The notes under the pieces are model-generated. The model saw only the letters and a list, made by a program, of their open reading frames with translations. It ran no database searches and was not told the DNA's origin. From positions 1-38,802 of the IMG/VR virus record IMGVR_UViG_3300048599_000745: a DNA stretch of 38,802 bases. One strand, written 5' to 3'. Positions 35,801-38,802 of this stretch are shown piece by piece (within the stretch, counting starts at the first letter, position 1; each line of letters starts with the position of its first letter). The DNA is from a virus. Taxonomy: Duplodnaviria > Caudoviricetes. The translations under genes were made by a program, and so were the position numbers.

Positions 35801-37528
35801 ATGGCCCACGTCATCATCTCAAACGACGATCCGCGCGAGACGTACCACCCGTCCTCGCCTCAGGCCACGTTCACGATCCCCTTTGCCTTCTTCGATGTAG
35901 CCGACATCCGGGTGATCGTTGACGGGGACGATGCGGTCTATAACGCATCGCCGGCCACTGCTTTGGAATTCTCGGTCGCCGGCAACGTCGCCGATGGCGG
36001 GTTCCAGGGCGGCACCTTCACGCTGGGTGTCACGGTCGATGACGTCGATGTGATCGTCTATCGCGAAGTGCCGTCGACGCGCACCACGGATTTCCCCTAT
36101 CCGTCGCCCACGCTGAACATCAAAGAGCTGAATACCCAGATCGACAAGGTCTTCGCGATCTTGCAGCAGTTCGGGCGCGACATCGGCCGCACGGTGAAGC
36201 TAGCGGTGGCGTCCACGCTGGAGGCCATCAACCTTCCCGTGCCGGAAGCGGCGAAGCTGCTGCGTTGGAATGCCTCAGAGAACGGGCTTGAGAATGTCGA
36301 CATCACCGGGATGGGCGCGCTCAGCCTCCCGCTGTCGCTCGCGCAGGGTGGCACTAGCGCAAGCCACCCCACCGTCGCGAGCCTGTTCAACGCCATCAAG
36401 CAGGCGGCGACCGAGCTGGCCACGGGCGTCGCGCGCGTGGCCACGCAGGCGCTGGCCAATGCGGGCCTCAACGACACCGATTTCCTCACCGCGCTGAAGC
36501 TGTGGGGCGTGCCGTTCCGCGGCGGGTGGAAAAACATCGTCGGCGCCAATGGCGGCTTCGAGGTGTGGCAGCGCGGCGCCGGCGGCGCGGCCTCGATCGC
36601 GGTCCCGGCAAGCTCGGTCGCCGGCGTCTACACGGCCGATCGCTGGTATCTATTCACCAGCGCGAACCAGGCCTGCACGGTCTCGCAGCAGCCGGGCCTC
36701 ACCAGCCGCAGCCGCTATTGCGCGCGAATCCAGCGCAACAACGGCCAAAGCGGCGTGGCGCAGATGATCTTCGGCTTCCCGCTCGACCTCGATGAGATCA
36801 TGCGGCTGCGCGGAGCGCGGCCGACGATCCGCTTTGAGGCGCGCGCCGGGGCCAACTGGTCGCCGCTGAACGGCACTCTCACCGCCTTCGTCTCATGGGG
36901 CACCGGCTCGGCGCAGAAGATCTGCACCGGCTACACGGCACAGGCGAACCCGCTCAACGCCCCTGTCAACCTGGTGCCTGGCGCCGCGGCGGTCACGGTC
37001 AGCTTGGTCGGCGCCGGCCTGGTCGGCGTGAATGCCACTCAGGCGGAGGTCTTCTTCGTCTGGACGCCCACCGGCGCCGCTGGCGCCGCCGATTATGTCG
37101 AGATCGACAATGTCGACGTGCGCGCGGATGAACCGGTCATCGATCAGTTCGAGTTCCGGCCCTTCAATGATGAGCTGAACGCCTGCAAGGCCCACTTCCA
37201 GAAATCGTTCGAGTATGCGACCGCTCCTGCGCAGGGGGCTTCGGTCAACGGAGCGCTATTCTGGCCCAGCGTTGGCACCGGCGCGGCGGTCACGTCTTCT
37301 CCGGTTTACCCTTTCACCCCGGAGATGCGCGGCATCCCCACGATCACCACCTTCAACACCACCTCTGCGAATGCCGAGGTGCGAAACGGCACCGATGGTG
37401 CCGACTGCAGCAGCACCGCCGCCGCCAGCATTCGCGCAAAGGCATTTCGTGTCTCCACCACCGGGAACGCCGGCCTCGCCGTGAACGAGGGGCTTCAAGT
37501 GCAGTGGACTGCGGACGCGGGGATCTGA
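35801..37528 (+). CDS. Tail fibre / receptor-binding protein
   Basis: T7-like anchor FTIPFAFFDVADIRV; ATELATGVARVATQ linker; NGGFEVWQRG...ADRW...RPFNDELNACKAHF...EMRGIPTI head. Confidence 0.88.
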   Translation: MAHVIISNDDPRETYHPSSPQATFTIPFAFFDVADIRVIVDGDDAVYNASPATALEFSVAGNVADGGFQGGTFTLGVTVDDVDVIVYREVPSTRTTDFPYPSPTLNIKELNTQIDKVFAILQQFGRDIGRTVKLAVASTLEAINLPVPEAAKLLRWNASENGLENVDITGMGALSLPLSLAQGGTSASHPTVASLFNAIKQAATELATGVARVATQALANAGLNDTDFLTALKLWGVPFRGGWKNIVGANGGFEVWQRGAGGAASIAVPASSVAGVYTADRWYLFTSANQACTVSQQPGLTSRSRYCARIQRNNGQSGVAQMIFGFPLDLDEIMRLRGARPTIRFEARAGANWSPLNGTLTAFVSWGTGSAQKICTGYTAQANPLNAPVNLVPGAAAVTVSLVGAGLVGVNATQAEVFFVWTPTGAAGAADYVEIDNVDVRADEPVIDQFEFRPFNDELNACKAHFQKSFEYATAPAQGASVNGALFWPSVGTGAAVTSSPVYPFTPEMRGIPTITTFNTTSANAEVRNGTDGADCSSTAAASIRAKAFRVSTTGNAGLAVNEGLQVQWTADAGI

Positions 37529-37529
37529 G

Positions 37530-37844
37530 ATGCGGAATTTCCGATACGCCAACTCTGAGCGAACCGTGATCCAGGCGGAGGACGATGCGGGCAATACGCT
37601 CAACATCCCGGCCGATGGCGCCAATCGGCATTTCCGAGAGGTATCCGAACTTGTCGATGCGGGCCAGGTGGAGATTGCCGCTTTCACCCCCGATCCGCGC
37701 GCCGCAGAAGGTGAGAAGCTGGCGAAGCTGCAGAAGCGCTTCTGGGCGGAGATCGCGGCCGGCGAGCAGCCGATCGAGACCATCCTCGAGAAGGCGCGGG
37801 GCGAGCTGTCCGCGGCCGGCGACGTGAAGGGCGGCCGCCAATGA
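37530..37844 (+). CDS. Tail fibre assembly chaperone-like protein
   Basis: IPADGANRHF motif; directly after the fibre. Confidence 0.65.
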   Translation: MRNFRYANSERTVIQAEDDAGNTLNIPADGANRHFREVSELVDAGQVEIAAFTPDPRAAEGEKLAKLQKRFWAEIAAGEQPIETILEKARGELSAAGDVKGGRQ

Positions 37845-38023
37845 GTGACGAAGAGACGAAACGCATTTTCCAGGCCGCGGCGAAGGCCGCAATCAGGGAA
37901 TGGCTCGATGAACAGTTCGCCCAGGTCGGGCGGTGGACGGTTCGCGGAATCATCGTCGCCGCGCTCGGATTGCTGGCCTACCTGACGCTGACGAAGGGCG
38001 GCTGGCAGCCGCCGCACCCGTAG
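37841..38023 (+). CDS. Small single-TM protein (holin-like position)
   Basis: IIVAALGLLAYLTL hydrophobic segment; ATGA coupling. Confidence 0.7.
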   Translation: MSDEETKRIFQAAAKAAIREWLDEQFAQVGRWTVRGIIVAALGLLAYLTLTKGGWQPPHP

Positions 38024-38032
38024 GAGGGACTG

Positions 38033-38656
38033 ATGAACACGACCATGAATAAGGCCAACATCTCCGCCATCGGCCCCTGGATCGTGGTGATTCTCATGGG
38101 CCTGGACAAGAAGCTCGGCTGGGGCTTCGAGGAAGTCTGGTATGGCGCGGTGGCATCCCTCGTCATCTGGTGTGTGACGTGGGCGATTCCGAACGCGAAG
38201 AAGGCGGCCCCCAGCGTGGGGGTCAACGTCATCCTGCCGCTGCTGCTCTTGGCGCTGCTGCTGACCGGCTGCTCTGCGGGCGGCGGTGCAGGGCCCGTTG
38301 CCATCGCCGGCAAGGTCAGCGAGGTGAGGTCCGGTGTCATCGACTTCGCCGCCGCAGATCTCGAGGAAGCCAGCCGGTTGGCGCATGACGCGAACGACCG
38401 CATCGCCTACCAGTGCTGGGATTACCTGATCACCGTGGCGCCGGACGCGGCCAGCACCAGCAATGGCAAGTTCGATGGCGTGGCCACGGCCTTCCAGCGG
38501 GCGCGCAATGTCGTGAAGCGGTTCGGGGACGGGGTGTCCGACGATCTGAGGCTCAACTGTGGGCCGCTCTACCTGGACGCCAAGGATGACGTGACCGGCC
38601 TGGCCGGGCGCATCGCCGCCTTGGCCGCCAAGCTCGGGGTCAAAGGCTTCCTCTGA
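38033..38656 (+). CDS. Membrane protein with internal lipobox (lysis region)
   Basis: AGGAGG SD; two N-terminal hydrophobic segments, then LLLLALLLTGC and a soluble domain with two Cys. Confidence 0.75.
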   Translation: MNTTMNKANISAIGPWIVVILMGLDKKLGWGFEEVWYGAVASLVIWCVTWAIPNAKKAAPSVGVNVILPLLLLALLLTGCSAGGGAGPVAIAGKVSEVRSGVIDFAAADLEEASRLAHDANDRIAYQCWDYLITVAPDAASTSNGKFDGVATAFQRARNVVKRFGDGVSDDLRLNCGPLYLDAKDDVTGLAGRIAALAAKLGVKGFL

Positions 38657-38802
38657 TGACCGAGCTTTACGCCATCCTCGGGGTGCTGTGCGCGTCGGAG
38701 CTGCCCTGGCTGCGGCTAGGCGTCTATGCCTTCGGCATCTTCGCGGCGGGCGCTGCCACGTCCTGGGCCTGGCATCGCCGCCGCTGCCGCCGGCGCTTCT
38801 AG
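38656..38802 (+). CDS. Small membrane protein, 48 aa (MTELYAILGVLC...WHRRRCRRRF)
   Basis: TGATG coupling; hydrophobic core with Arg-rich tail; TAG at window end; not in the ORF track. Confidence 0.6.
   Translation: MTELYAILGVLCASELPWLRLGVYAFGIFAAGAATSWAWHRRRCRRRF

Larger units (their letters stand above)
1..38802. mobile_element. Temperate podovirus-type prophage (integrase to lysis-region genes; att sites not in window)
   Basis: Contiguous int/xis, recombination, cI/cro switch, replication, terminase, portal, capsid, tail tube, internal virion and tail fibre modules; no host housekeeping genes seen. Confidence 0.97.

Noticed and set aside
35801-38802. BPP-1-style diversity-generating retroelement at the tail fibre
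   Set aside because: No reverse transcriptase and no template/variable repeat pair seen in the window; cannot be excluded beyond its edge
1-38802. attL/attR, tRNA or rRNA genes, phage RNA or DNA polymerase
   Set aside because: None recognised; the window is cut at gene boundaries, so att sites would lie outside

Overview
The whole window is one temperate, short-tailed (podovirus-type) prophage or phage genome, probably from an alphaproteobacterial host (inferred from GcrA-like and GapR-like genes and high GC). The window starts at the integrase stop codon and ends at the stop of a small membrane gene, so att sites and an endolysin are not visible. Layout: (1) leftward early arm, 1-8437: tyrosine integrase, excisionase, DUF5131/Gp37-68, degenerate J-domain, LexA-like HTH, RecT + YqaJ, pentapeptide-repeat protein. 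(2) Lambda-like immunity region, 8550-11531: two clusters of a 17-bp operator TTCGCA-N5-TGCGAA flank accessory genes (secreted protein, secreted thermonuclease, an AT-richer two-gene cassette) and cI/cro. (3) Rightward early/replication arm, 11531-16639: HNH, GcrA-like, GapR/RMF-like, RuvC-like, adenine methyltransferase, replication initiator with iterons. (4) Packaging and T7/BPP-1/epsilon15-type virion genes, 16843-38802; no phage RNA polymerase is present. Main highlights: a 15-bp motif CGGTGCGTTGAG(G/C)GC heading four late units, three with leaderless-mRNA geometry; an exact 21-bp inverted copy of the origin iterons just upstream of terS; a putative ejected polyvalent protein with RelE/barnase-like nuclease and DdrB-like ParB domains; a sense/antisense dual-ORF locus in the early operon; and a repeat-containing capsid leader. 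All protein assignments come from motif recognition by eye, not database searches.
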